Source: a virus | IMG/VR virus record: IMGVR_UViG_3300040801_000626 | Span: 1 to 41,936 of that record | DNA length: 41,936 nucleotides | Reading direction: 5' to 3' (one strand) | Shown: positions 19,321 through 26,689 of the stretch, one piece after another | Numbering within the stretch: position 1 is the stretch's first letter | Layout of the letters: each line of letters opens with the position of its first letter | Notes under the pieces: model-generated | Seen by the model: the letters and a program-made list of their open reading frames with translations, nothing else | Database searches by the model: none | What the model was told of the DNA's origin: nothing | Program-made: the position numbers and the translations under genes

Positions 19321-19902
19321 TTAAATATTTACATTTTGGTAAAGGGTGTAGTGTTCATCGGAGGTGAAGCTGTCGCCTAGTGAAGGTAAGACGTGATCGC
19401 CGCCGTACATTGCTATCATAGCCGCCTCGGCCCGGTCAACACATAAGCCCCCTCTAGCGCCTATAAATTTTTCTGCGTCGGCGGGCATATATTGTTGGGC
19501 TATGCCAACTATCTCTTGGTTATAATCTTTAACATTTTTCCCCGGCACTTTCATTATGCGCTTCCAGTGTAGAGGCGGTACGGTCTCTAATATTATAGAG
19601 GCATCGACAAGCGCCTGTACAAGTTGGCCGACACCGACACCAAAGGCAAAGGCCGCAGAGGCCGATTGCCCGGGGAGGCCGTTAACGCGCTCCATAACAC
19701 AAAGCTCTACTCCCATTAATACGGCCAAATCAAACTCGCTGGCAATGGCTATAGCGTCTAAACGCTTACGCTTCTTTTTTGACTTTCCAACAGTAACATA
19801 CCAATGCGGCATGTCGATTACACGCACACAACGTCTTTGCATGGTGTCGTACATTGCAATCGCACCTCCCGCACCCGGGTCTATCCCCATTACAAGCGCC
19901 AT
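19321..19902 (-). CDS. RuvC-like Holliday-junction resolvase
   Basis: N-terminal VMGIDPGAGGAIA (first catalytic Asp of the RNase H fold), VMERVNG (Glu) and C-terminal VDRAEAAMIAMYG. 193 aa. TAATG coupling to the upstream gene. Confidence 0.65.
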   Translation of the reverse strand: MALVMGIDPGAGGAIAMYDTMQRRCVRVIDMPHWYVTVGKSKKKRKRLDAIAIASEFDLAVLMGVELCVMERVNGLPGQSASAAFAFGVGVGQLVQALVDASIILETVPPLHWKRIMKVPGKNVKDYNQEIVGIAQQYMPADAEKFIGARGGLCVDRAEAAMIAMYGGDHVLPSLGDSFTSDEHYTLYQNVNI

Positions 19903-20264
19903 TAGTTAAGTTTACTCTTAAGGATTTTGGCAATTTCGAGGGCTTCTTTTTTACTATCTCTAACATAACGTGGGTCTCCTACCACAATCTCCGAGGCAAT
20001 TACATGAATATATGGCTGGCTTAGTTCGTTCGCTCCATAATCGTCTACGCCGCACCCACTATCTATTATAGTTAACGGTAACTCTTTTCTTTTTGAAAGC
20101 CTCTCAAGGGCTTCGTATATGCCATCTTGTATATTACTAGGCCAATCCTCTAGCTTGCCCTCCATATAGTGCGTGACGTTAACGATAAGGTCAAATACAC
20201 GTATGCCTGTCGCTTGGCCTACTATGTCGCCGTCTTCATTCTTCTTTATCTCTATGTTACTCAT
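19902..20264 (-). CDS. Hypothetical protein (120 aa)
   Basis: ORF with RBS GAGGAA 5 nt before the ATG, overlapping the upstream stop. No motif recognised. Confidence 0.6.
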   Translation of the reverse strand: MSNIEIKKNEDGDIVGQATGIRVFDLIVNVTHYMEGKLEDWPSNIQDGIYEALERLSKRKELPLTIIDSGCGVDDYGANELSQPYIHVIASEIVVGDPRYVRDSKKEALEIAKILKSKLN

Positions 20265-20598
20265 TGTTTTTCCTCTTCCTGAAATAGTCGCGTTGCCGCG
20301 CTAAGTTAATAAGTTTCTTTTTCTTTTGTCTTTGCATGTGTTTATTTAGATCAGTCTTTGCGGCTATCATATCCCCTATACGAGAGGATAAATAGTTTTC
20401 GATTAAAGACCAAGTGGTATCATATTCCATCTCTGTAAGCCTGTGTACATTTGTCTCCAACGGCTCCAATTCTAAATAGGGTATGCCGATATTTTGCGCT
20501 AAAATGCGGGGGGGTTCATCCAGCACTTTACAGATACGGATAAGGAGGGGGTCGTCGTTACATACAGGGCTTTTATACCTTTTCATCCGGGCTTCCAT
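20257..20598 (-). CDS. Hypothetical protein (113 aa), possible HTH, basic C-terminus
   Basis: ORF track; the start is uncertain (ATG 20598 or 20586). PRILAQNIGIPYLEL is HTH-like. Lys/Arg-rich tail QRQKKKKLINLARQRDYFRKRK. Confidence 0.5.
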   Translation of the reverse strand: MEARMKRYKSPVCNDDPLLIRICKVLDEPPRILAQNIGIPYLELEPLETNVHRLTEMEYDTTWSLIENYLSSRIGDMIAAKTDLNKHMQRQKKKKLINLARQRDYFRKRKNNE

Positions 20599-20809
20599 TC
20601 ATCACATAATCTACGTTTAAATTCGGGTTATCGAGCATCTCGTGTAGCCGCCTCCAGTGGGTGTTGGTAATGGGGTTGGGAGGGGTGAGACAAGGCGATA
20701 CATAATCCTCGTTGTCTACACCCCACTGTACCCCACAAGCGCCGCAATACCAAGTATCAACTACGCGATACTTTTTGCACTTATTGTATTGTAATGGCTT
20801 CTGTCCCAT
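20573..20809 (-). CDS. Small Cys-rich (zinc-ribbon-like) protein (78 aa)
   Basis: CKKYRVVDTWYCGACGVQW ... SPC gives a C-x(n)-C-x2-C pattern. ATG start. Confidence 0.5.
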   Translation of the reverse strand: MGQKPLQYNKCKKYRVVDTWYCGACGVQWGVDNEDYVSPCLTPPNPITNTHWRRLHEMLDNPNLNVDYVMNGSPDEKV

Positions 20810-21890
20810 CTAAAATCGCTAGTCCCCTGTGCAATTCGTTTAAGTGTTCAATGTAACGCGCGCGTATCATAGCCGTGTCCTTATCGTCTATGGATATGTC
20901 GGTGTTACCTTTTTGCCATTTGGTATAAGTTTGACGTGACACACCGATCTCTTCGGCCATGTCTTTGTCTTTCTCACCCGCGTGGTCCTTAAGGATAACA
21001 AGCACGTCATGGTCAAATAAGATTTCACTTTCAACTTCCCCTACCGCCTCGTCTTTGGCCGTAGTTTTCTTAGCGGTCTTTTTGGCCGCAGGCTTAACAG
21101 AACCTTTTGGCTTGTATTCCTGTACGAGATTGTAGATGTACTCTACGGCATCGTTTGCCATGTAGCTACGTACGCCGCGCAGAATTTCAACGTCACTTTC
21201 GTCGAGGCCGAGACGGGGCGCGGCACCATAGGCTAAAATATCGTCGTCGTCCGAGACAATATCGAGGTCGTCATAGACTTGCATGGTGTCATGCTTTTCT
21301 CCGATCTGGTCTTTGATTTTTACGATAACTTCTTTTAGCTCGTCGTCACTTCCATTATCGTCGGCTGTACTGTCGTCGCCCTTAACGTCTTCGATACGCT
21401 GGTCAAGCTCGGCCTGTAATTCGGCCTCTACAATGTTGGCGTTGGATAAAATCTGATTAGGCTTTTTATTGTGTGTCACGGTCTTCCATAGCTCCTTAGC
21501 CATCGACTTCGCGAACTTGGCAACGCCGCCCTCTTTCCAGACGTTACTTTCCGTCGTGTTCTTACCTACCCAATCGTTAGAGAGCCACGGCATATACGGT
21601 TCAACGGCCTCTTCTACCTTATCGTCAACAGCACATTCCCATTCGTTTTTATCTGCCGCCTCTTCATACTCACCGTCCATTAACTCTTGGTTGGTAACAA
21701 CCTTTTGTATCTCCGGTTCAATCATAGAAAAGAGCGTGTTAATAAAAACAAGCTCTGTAGATTTTAGGGCCGCATCTTTTACGTCGTCAATCGTCGGCAT
21801 TTTCTTTTTACGTTTTGTAATCTTTACCTTGGGGTGTTTAAACGTCTCCTCAAAGATCGCTTCCTTCGGTGCATATTCATATATATTCAT
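20781..21890 (-). CDS. Highly acidic 369-aa protein with C-terminal helix-turn-helix
   Basis: RBS AAGGAG before the ATG. D/E runs (DDSTADDNGSDDELKE, DDLDIVSDDDDILAYG). XRE-type HTH near the C-terminus: MAEEIGVSRQTYTKWQKGNTDIS. Confidence 0.7.
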   Translation of the reverse strand: MNIYEYAPKEAIFEETFKHPKVKITKRKKKMPTIDDVKDAALKSTELVFINTLFSMIEPEIQKVVTNQELMDGEYEEAADKNEWECAVDDKVEEAVEPYMPWLSNDWVGKNTTESNVWKEGGVAKFAKSMAKELWKTVTHNKKPNQILSNANIVEAELQAELDQRIEDVKGDDSTADDNGSDDELKEVIVKIKDQIGEKHDTMQVYDDLDIVSDDDDILAYGAAPRLGLDESDVEILRGVRSYMANDAVEYIYNLVQEYKPKGSVKPAAKKTAKKTTAKDEAVGEVESEILFDHDVLVILKDHAGEKDKDMAEEIGVSRQTYTKWQKGNTDISIDDKDTAMIRARYIEHLNELHRGLAILDGTEAITIQ

Positions 21891-21915
21891 TTGTTTTCTC
21901 CTTAGTTATGGTTGG

Positions 21916-22053
21916 TTAGTTAAAGCAGGCTTCGGCTCCGTGGAATCCGACGCAAGCTAGGCCGAGAGTAGAGACTAACAGTCCGGCCATAATAATTAAA
22001 GCGATAAAATCAAGCCAATCCTCTGCGGGTAGTTTTAATAGTTTTTTAATCAT
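21916..22053 (-). CDS. Small membrane protein (45 aa)
   Basis: Hand-translated MIKKLLKLPAEDWLDFIALIIMAGLLVSTLGLACVGFHGAEACFN. GGAG lies 6 nt upstream of the ATG. It fills the otherwise empty gap 21891-22045. One TM span. Confidence 0.5.
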   Translation of the reverse strand: MIKKLLKLPAEDWLDFIALIIMAGLLVSTLGLACVGFHGAEACFN

Positions 22054-22267
22054 TACTGTCTCCGTCTTGTGGGAAGTGGTAAGCGTCACTCATGTCGGGG
22101 TGCTTAACACGATAGTACCCGGGTTGCATTATAGCCTCTAGGGTTTGTATAGGCCGGGACGCGCCAATAAACACTTGGCCGATTTGCACCCCGGTAAACA
22201 GGACGCATAGCCGTGTCGGCTCTCCCTTCGGATAGATCGTTATGTTTTTATTTAAGTAAAATTTCAT
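22046..22267 (-). CDS. Hypothetical protein (73 aa)
   Basis: ATG start with an ATGA overlap to the upstream stop. No motif recognised. Confidence 0.55.
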   Translation of the reverse strand: MKFYLNKNITIYPKGEPTRLCVLFTGVQIGQVFIGASRPIQTLEAIMQPGYYRVKHPDMSDAYHFPQDGDSND

Positions 22268-22470
22268 TTTAGTTCCCCTTCTTTTGTGGCGGATTTAATT
22301 AGGGATTTATGAAGTCTCTGCAATTTATCAATTTTAAAAATATCATAATACTCGCCGTATATAATATTGTGTAAGGCAACCCTTAAGTCCTCTGTTATTA
22401 TATAGGCGTCACCTACCTCCGGCACCTCGTTATCGTTGGCCGTTGATTTCCTCCGGTATTCTTCTTTCAA
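22264..22470 (-). CDS. Hypothetical protein (68 aa)
   Basis: ORF track. TTG start with GGAG 9 nt upstream; the start is uncertain. Confidence 0.45.
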   Translation of the reverse strand: MKEEYRRKSTANDNEVPEVGDAYIITEDLRVALHNIIYGEYYDIFKIDKLQRLHKSLIKSATKEGELK

Positions 22471-22612
22471 TACAGTAAGCTCCGTTGTCGGCGTATTTTA
22501 CGCAACTGTATTTATCGTAGAAATTATTAAAGCCTATCCATGATACAAGCACTATAACCACCAATGCTATTAGCGCGAGTATTAAAACGGCACTTTTATC
22601 TTGACTATCCAC
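22430..22612 (-). CDS. Small single-pass membrane protein (60 aa)
   Basis: ORF track 22430..22651. I prefer GTG 22612 because AGAGGAG lies 7 nt upstream. TM span AVLILALIALVVIVLVSWIGF. Confidence 0.5.
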   Translation of the reverse strand: MDSQDKSAVLILALIALVVIVLVSWIGFNNFYDKYSCVKYADNGAYCIERRIPEEINGQR

Positions 22613-22883
22613 TATATAACTCCTCTTTCCTAATTTTAAATTGAATACCACACACCATAATAGGGTTTCCTTGCTTTAGGTGGTCAATCATTGCCTCTAC
22701 TGAGTAGAGGTTACACGTTCCCCCTCTAGCGATTTGTATGATCTCGTCATACTCATTGTTATAGAATGTCTCAAATTGCTCGGCATTTAGGTACACGCAC
22801 CTAACACGGCAATTAGCCGTAAACATGTTACGCCTAATGTTCATAGCGTTTTCAAATGTATATAGCTCGGGGTTCTGTAGCAA
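22605..22883 (-). CDS. Hypothetical protein (92 aa)
   Basis: TTG start with AGGAGA 8 nt upstream. No motif recognised. Confidence 0.5.
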   Translation of the reverse strand: MLQNPELYTFENAMNIRRNMFTANCRVRCVYLNAEQFETFYNNEYDEIIQIARGGTCNLYSVEAMIDHLKQGNPIMVCGIQFKIRKEELYSG

Positions 22884-22895
22884 CGGTTTGTCTCC

Positions 22896-22950
22896 TAAGG
22901 TCTTATTCGGTTAGCTTATCGGGGTAATAGGCTAACCTGATAAAACCTTA
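22896..22950 (-). promoter_or_regulatory. Compound intergenic stem-loop (two helices separated by a 7x7 internal loop)
   Basis: Plus strand TAAGGT(22896-22901)...GGTTAGC(22909-22915)...GCTAACC(22931-22937)...ACCTTA(22945-22950). The outer arm overlaps the stop codon of 22948-23388. Confidence 0.45.
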
Positions 22951-23388
22951 TTTTTTCGTTGGTTCTATCCTCCAAACACGTACCCCACCTTCGACCGGGT
23001 ACACGCGGAATACATAGTCGTCGCCAAGCTTTTTCTGGGCGTTACGACGCGCGCTATTAAGGGCCATGCGTTTACGCTTAACGGCCTCTGTGTATGCTCT
23101 CTTCTTTTCTTGCTCGTTTTTGTAGTTGCCTTCAACGGTAACAGGGAAAAACGCACTCTCCCCTACTTCCATAACGTCAAAGTCATATTTAGACTGTCCG
23201 AACGTTGCCACTTCCGGCATTGGTACGCCTTTTTCAATGGTATGGCCTGCGAGAGTTTTCCCGGTGTCTTTAGCCGTTCCTTTCTCTTCTACTACATCCG
23301 GCTTAGCGGCCTGTGTAGCCTTCTTAGGGGCTACCTTTTTTGGGGCCGGGGTTTTCTTAGCGGCTGGGTTTTTCTTAGCTTTAGTCAT
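22948..23388 (-). CDS. Lys/Ala/Pro-rich (histone H1-like) putative DNA-binding protein, first gene of the second leftward operon
   Basis: Start moved from TTG 23412 to ATG 23388 (AAGGAG 8 nt upstream), because the TTG lies only 10 nt from the -10 of the predicted promoter. N-terminus MTKAKKNPAAKKTPAPKKVAPKKATQAAKP. Confidence 0.65.
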   Translation of the reverse strand: MTKAKKNPAAKKTPAPKKVAPKKATQAAKPDVVEEKGTAKDTGKTLAGHTIEKGVPMPEVATFGQSKYDFDVMEVGESAFFPVTVEGNYKNEQEKKRAYTEAVKRKRMALNSARRNAQKKLGDDYVFRVYPVEGGVRVWRIEPTKK

Positions 23389-23421
23389 TGTTTTTGCTCC
23401 TTTGTTAAACAAGTTTATCCA

Positions 23422-23451
23422 ACCTTAACGCCTTTATATATCGGGTGTCAA
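23422..23451 (-). promoter_or_regulatory. sigma70-like promoter (TTGACA-N18-TAAGGT) for the middle/replication operon
   Basis: Minus strand: TTGACA (23451-23446), 18-nt spacer, TAAGGT (23427-22). The same hexamer pair occurs in the promoter at 27258-27286. Lies just downstream of the terminator. Confidence 0.5.
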
Positions 23452-23492
23452 TAACTTTATTTACACTATCCTTTCTCTCCCGCCGGACATGC

Positions 23493-23517
23493 AAAAACAG
23501 GCGCTACATGCGCCTGT
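23493..23517 (-). terminator. Rho-independent terminator closing the early ORFan operon
   Basis: Minus strand ACAGGCGC-ATGTA-GCGCCTGT followed by TTTT: a perfect 8-bp GC-rich stem plus a U-tract, about 20 nt after the stop of 23539-23709. Confidence 0.8.
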
Positions 23518-23538
23518 CTGTACTGGTATAATGTTAAA

Positions 23539-23709
23539 TTATAATGCGTCGTCGTAAGGTCGGCTGGCCCTCCTGATCTGCGCTTGCCTTTCCCTCTCTA
23601 AACGACGTTTTAAAGCTTGCCTGTACTCCGTCTCTCTTTCAATTTTGGTATGTAGCGCGTTTATATCGCGGTTAATACCTAACCATTCTCGCAACCAATG
23701 TTTTATCAT
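23539..23709 (-). CDS. Small basic coiled-coil ORF (56 aa)
   Basis: Hand-translated MIKHWLREWLGINRDINALHTKIERETEYRQALKRRLERERQAQIRRASRPYDDAL. Purine-rich AAAGGA sits 7 nt upstream. Last ORF before the terminator; below the track cut-off. Confidence 0.5.
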   Translation of the reverse strand: MIKHWLREWLGINRDINALHTKIERETEYRQALKRRLERERQAQIRRASRPYDDAL

Positions 23710-23713
23710 AACG

Positions 23714-23866
23714 TTATCCTTTCCCTCCTATATAATTATCGCCATTGGCCAAGTGTTTTGATAAAGCGTCAATGTTATACGCGGGGTTAGCGGCTTCACC
23801 CTCCCCGTAGTTGTCGGCAATCCAATTTATCACGGCCTGCTTAATATGTTTTTCAGTTAAAGTCAT
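23714..23866 (-). CDS. Small ORF (50 aa)
   Basis: Hand-translated MTLTEKHIKQAVINWIADNYGEGEAANPAYNIDALSKHLANGDNYIGGKG. Preceded by repeat copy A and AAAGGA. Confidence 0.5.
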   Translation of the reverse strand: MTLTEKHIKQAVINWIADNYGEGEAANPAYNIDALSKHLANGDNYIGGKG

Positions 23867-23888
23867 TTTGCAATCCTTTCTTTTCTAA

Positions 23889-23932
23889 TTAACAGGCTAG
23901 TAACGCCCCTAAGGGCGCTACAGGTCTGTTAA
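23889..23932 (-). repeat. Structured intergenic repeat, copy A (core)
   Basis: Plus strand TTAACAGGCTAGTAACGCCC-CTAA-GGGCGCTACAGGTCTGTTAA. The stop codon of 23929-24291 lies in the right TTAA arm. Confidence 0.9.
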
Positions 23933-24291
23933 TTAGTAGCTACACCCCGCGCTTTTTCGATTGTCCCGCGAATTTCCTTAATACGAAACCACAAGAGATT
24001 AGCTTTTTCTTCCGCGTGACTTCCTACGACGGAACCGCCTGTTAATTCAAGTCGTGCGTTTTTATTAAGAACTTCCCAGTACTCCACAAGCTGTTTTTCC
24101 GCTATTTCCAATGCCCCTAACAATTCAGGTGCGGAGGATATTAAGTCAATGTTAGCTTCTGTTTCGTTCCCGTCTTTCTGTTGAATAGCTTGTGCAATAT
24201 GTTGATTACGGCCCGCAAACACAACAGGATATTTCCCGTTAGCTTTAATATTTCTATGCCAAGGCCCCGGCGTGTGTTTTGACTGTGTCAT
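23929..24291 (-). CDS. ORFan early protein (120 aa)
   Basis: ORF flanked by repeat copies A and B. The TPGPW ... ISSAPELLGALE motif pair resembles widespread uncharacterised phage proteins (from memory). Confidence 0.7.
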   Translation of the reverse strand: MTQSKHTPGPWHRNIKANGKYPVVFAGRNQHIAQAIQQKDGNETEANIDLISSAPELLGALEIAEKQLVEYWEVLNKNARLELTGGSVVGSHAEEKANLLWFRIKEIRGTIEKARGVATN

Positions 24292-24367
24292 TTTATTTTC
24301 CTTTGTTTTATCCCGTTACCATTAACAGGCTAGTAAGGCGCATATAAACGCCTTACAGGTCTATTAA
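24292..24367 (-). repeat. Structured intergenic repeat, copy B (leader + core 24322-24367)
   Basis: The core stem is GTAAGGCG-CATATAAA-CGCCTTAC. The minus-strand leader GGTAACGGGATAAAACAAAGGAAAATAAAATG is identical to copy D. Confidence 0.9.
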
Positions 24368-24925
24368 CTAATAGCTATGGCCTGCTTTATCCAGCCTATC
24401 AATATATCGGCTCAATAAAGCCCCTAGCTTTAAAAGGGCGCTGGATTGCGCGTTTTCGAATAGGTCATAATATCCGTCGTCCGGCTCCCTAACGTCCCCC
24501 GCGCAAGTTGGTGCGGAATATTGCCATTCGGCCAAGGCTTCTATACTTCGACTATCCCCGCGTTCATATAACTCAGCGCAAAGGGAAAACATAGCCCCCA
24601 TGGCGCTCCCCCATTTATCTCCGCTATCCTCACCCAATTTATATTCGGCTTTCAAATCTTGATAAGAATAAAAGTCATTCCTCACCTCTAAATTATAGCC
24701 CCTGTTTTCAAGCTCTTTATATAGCGGGTCAAATTCGGTTGCCTTGGCCTTGGTTCGCTTCATAAAGCTTTTATGTGCCGTGCCATGTTGTCCGGTACGG
24801 GCATAACACCCGATGGTGCCATCACGCTCTTTATGTGTCGGGAATAGGGCTAGTATCTCCCTTTGTCCGTCGGGGTATTTAGGCTTTACAAACAATATGG
24901 GGGTTTTATGCGTGTCTTTTTTCAT
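24368..24925 (-). CDS. ORFan early protein (185 aa)
   Basis: ORF flanked by copies B and C with RBS AAGGAG. No family recognised. Confidence 0.7.
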   Translation of the reverse strand: MKKDTHKTPILFVKPKYPDGQREILALFPTHKERDGTIGCYARTGQHGTAHKSFMKRTKAKATEFDPLYKELENRGYNLEVRNDFYSYQDLKAEYKLGEDSGDKWGSAMGAMFSLCAELYERGDSRSIEALAEWQYSAPTCAGDVREPDDGYYDLFENAQSSALLKLGALLSRYIDRLDKAGHSY

Positions 24926-25011
24926 GTTCTTATTCTCCTTTGTTTTGGCGTCCTATACAATTATAGGCTAGTAAGGCCGCGCCACTATAGCATGGCCTTA
25001 CAGGTCTTTAA
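24926..25011 (-). repeat. Structured intergenic repeat, copy C (diverged leader + core 24961-25011)
   Basis: The core stem is GTAAGGCC-(15-nt loop)-GGCCTTAC, flanked by AGGCTA and AGGTCTTTAA. The stop codon of 25008-25784 lies inside the arm. Confidence 0.85.
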
Positions 25012-25784
25012 TCGTAAGAGGGTGTTTCTGGTATGTTACTTTCTAAAAAGTCCCGCACGTATTTTATAGTGTCATTATCCGCGCTGTCCTCTCCATATAT
25101 CAAGAAAGAATAAGCCTTAACCGTTTTATCTATCCAGTCGCCACGTTCAAAGGCGTATCTATCCAAATCATAAAAATATTCTGTATCGTTAATTTTAATA
25201 CAACCACATAAAGGGCTATCATAAAAGTAATGGGTAAAATCCCATTTTATGCTATCAAGGTCTATGCCCTCCGTGCCCCAAGCGGCTTTTAAGGCTGTTA
25301 CATTAACGATAATTTCAGCATAATCGCCTTGGGAGTAACCCCGAATAGACACGCGCTCTATTTCATCTTTAGGATATAATTCAAGGTTATAGGCATCTAA
25401 ATACTCGTGGTTAAGGTCTTCATAGTTTCCAAGGCTTGGCATAGCGTCAAGAAAACCTAACTCATTTTTAACTTCACGCACTAACGTATCACGTCCCCAT
25501 GTATCAAAGCCGGGAACCTCTTCATTATTAAAGTCTCTTATCTCTTTAAGCCATGAACGCATGGCTTGCGTATCGCCTTTTAACTCTACGTTGTCCCTTA
25601 CATCGTCAAGGGCTATATTACCGTTATCAATGTAATAGTAAACGTCCTTACTACCATATCGTGTCGTGGCATTGGCCATGTGTGTAAAGTTTTCATTAAA
25701 CTCGAATTGCGCTAAGGAACTATCATAGCTTACATGTAATTCAATGTTTATGCCTGTACTGCTTTTATCATAGTTATTTATCAT
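25008..25784 (-). CDS. Acidic ORFan early protein (258 aa)
   Basis: Flanked by copies C and D. My hand count gives 51 D+E against 23 K+R. No family recognised. Confidence 0.7.
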   Translation of the reverse strand: MINNYDKSSTGINIELHVSYDSSLAQFEFNENFTHMANATTRYGSKDVYYYIDNGNIALDDVRDNVELKGDTQAMRSWLKEIRDFNNEEVPGFDTWGRDTLVREVKNELGFLDAMPSLGNYEDLNHEYLDAYNLELYPKDEIERVSIRGYSQGDYAEIIVNVTALKAAWGTEGIDLDSIKWDFTHYFYDSPLCGCIKINDTEYFYDLDRYAFERGDWIDKTVKAYSFLIYGEDSADNDTIKYVRDFLESNIPETPSYD

Positions 25785-25858
25785 TTTATTTTCCTTTGTT
25801 TTATCCCGTTACCATTAACAGGCTAGTAACGCCCTTAGGGGCGCTACAGGTCTATTAA
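25785..25858 (-). repeat. Structured intergenic repeat, copy D (leader + core 25815-25858)
   Basis: The core stem is GTAACGCCC-TTAG-GGGCGCTAC. The leader is identical to copy B. Confidence 0.9.
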
Positions 25859-26689
25859 CTAAACGCTTTCTATCTTGGCTTTAATCTCTTCCCTTGATAA
25901 CGTTGCACTATCTGTAAAAGTGTAACACTTCTTATCTTTCTTAAAGTACCAGTTAACAATATCACCCGTTACACGTTCGGACACATGAAACACGGAACCT
26001 TCCCAACGGCAAGGCGGTAACACCTCTAAAGCATATTCATACTCGCTAGGCTTAATCTGAGAAGGTTCAGTTTTATGGCTGTTTTCATAGTCTGCCAATA
26101 GCTTATCAACCTCTTTTTGGGATACAACTTTACGTCCTTTGTTTTCTGGTTCCTTTAGGTAATCCTCTAAAGTTTTAAACCCGTTATAAGCTACACGTTC
26201 AACACCATCAAAGGTCGTAAAAGTGTGAGTTTGGATACCCGCGTTATATGTGCCTTTACTAGGGTCAATAATCCATCTTGTGGGCTTAGTGGGGTCAATG
26301 GCCATGTTATCCCCTACTAACTCCCATACTGCTACATAGATATTGTCAAAGTCCACGCCACGCCCGGGGCCGCTTATGCCTCTATCAAATATCCACCCTC
26401 GGGCCGCTCTTCTCTCTGTAGTGCCTTTTAGGTGCGTTAGGGGTAGTGCGTCCTCTAAGCTTCCCGAGTAGCTAAAGCGCCCGCTTCGGCTTAGGTGAAA
26501 ACTTCCGCCCTCCCCCGTATCACTAAACATATTAGTCTGGGCGCGGTCTTCATAGACGTGCGTCACCCGCGCATATTGGCCGTCTTTATCCTTGATAAAA
26601 TCCCCAAGCTGTACTCCGCCCGATAAGTTGTAACGCGCTCTTTGTCTCTCGCTTAATATACCTTGGTTAAATTCGCTTACATTATTCAT
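25859..26689 (-). CDS. ORFan early protein (276 aa)
   Basis: Flanked by copies D and E. No family recognised. Confidence 0.7.
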   Translation of the reverse strand: MNNVSEFNQGILSERQRARYNLSGGVQLGDFIKDKDGQYARVTHVYEDRAQTNMFSDTGEGGSFHLSRSGRFSYSGSLEDALPLTHLKGTTERRAARGWIFDRGISGPGRGVDFDNIYVAVWELVGDNMAIDPTKPTRWIIDPSKGTYNAGIQTHTFTTFDGVERVAYNGFKTLEDYLKEPENKGRKVVSQKEVDKLLADYENSHKTEPSQIKPSEYEYALEVLPPCRWEGSVFHVSERVTGDIVNWYFKKDKKCYTFTDSATLSREEIKAKIESV

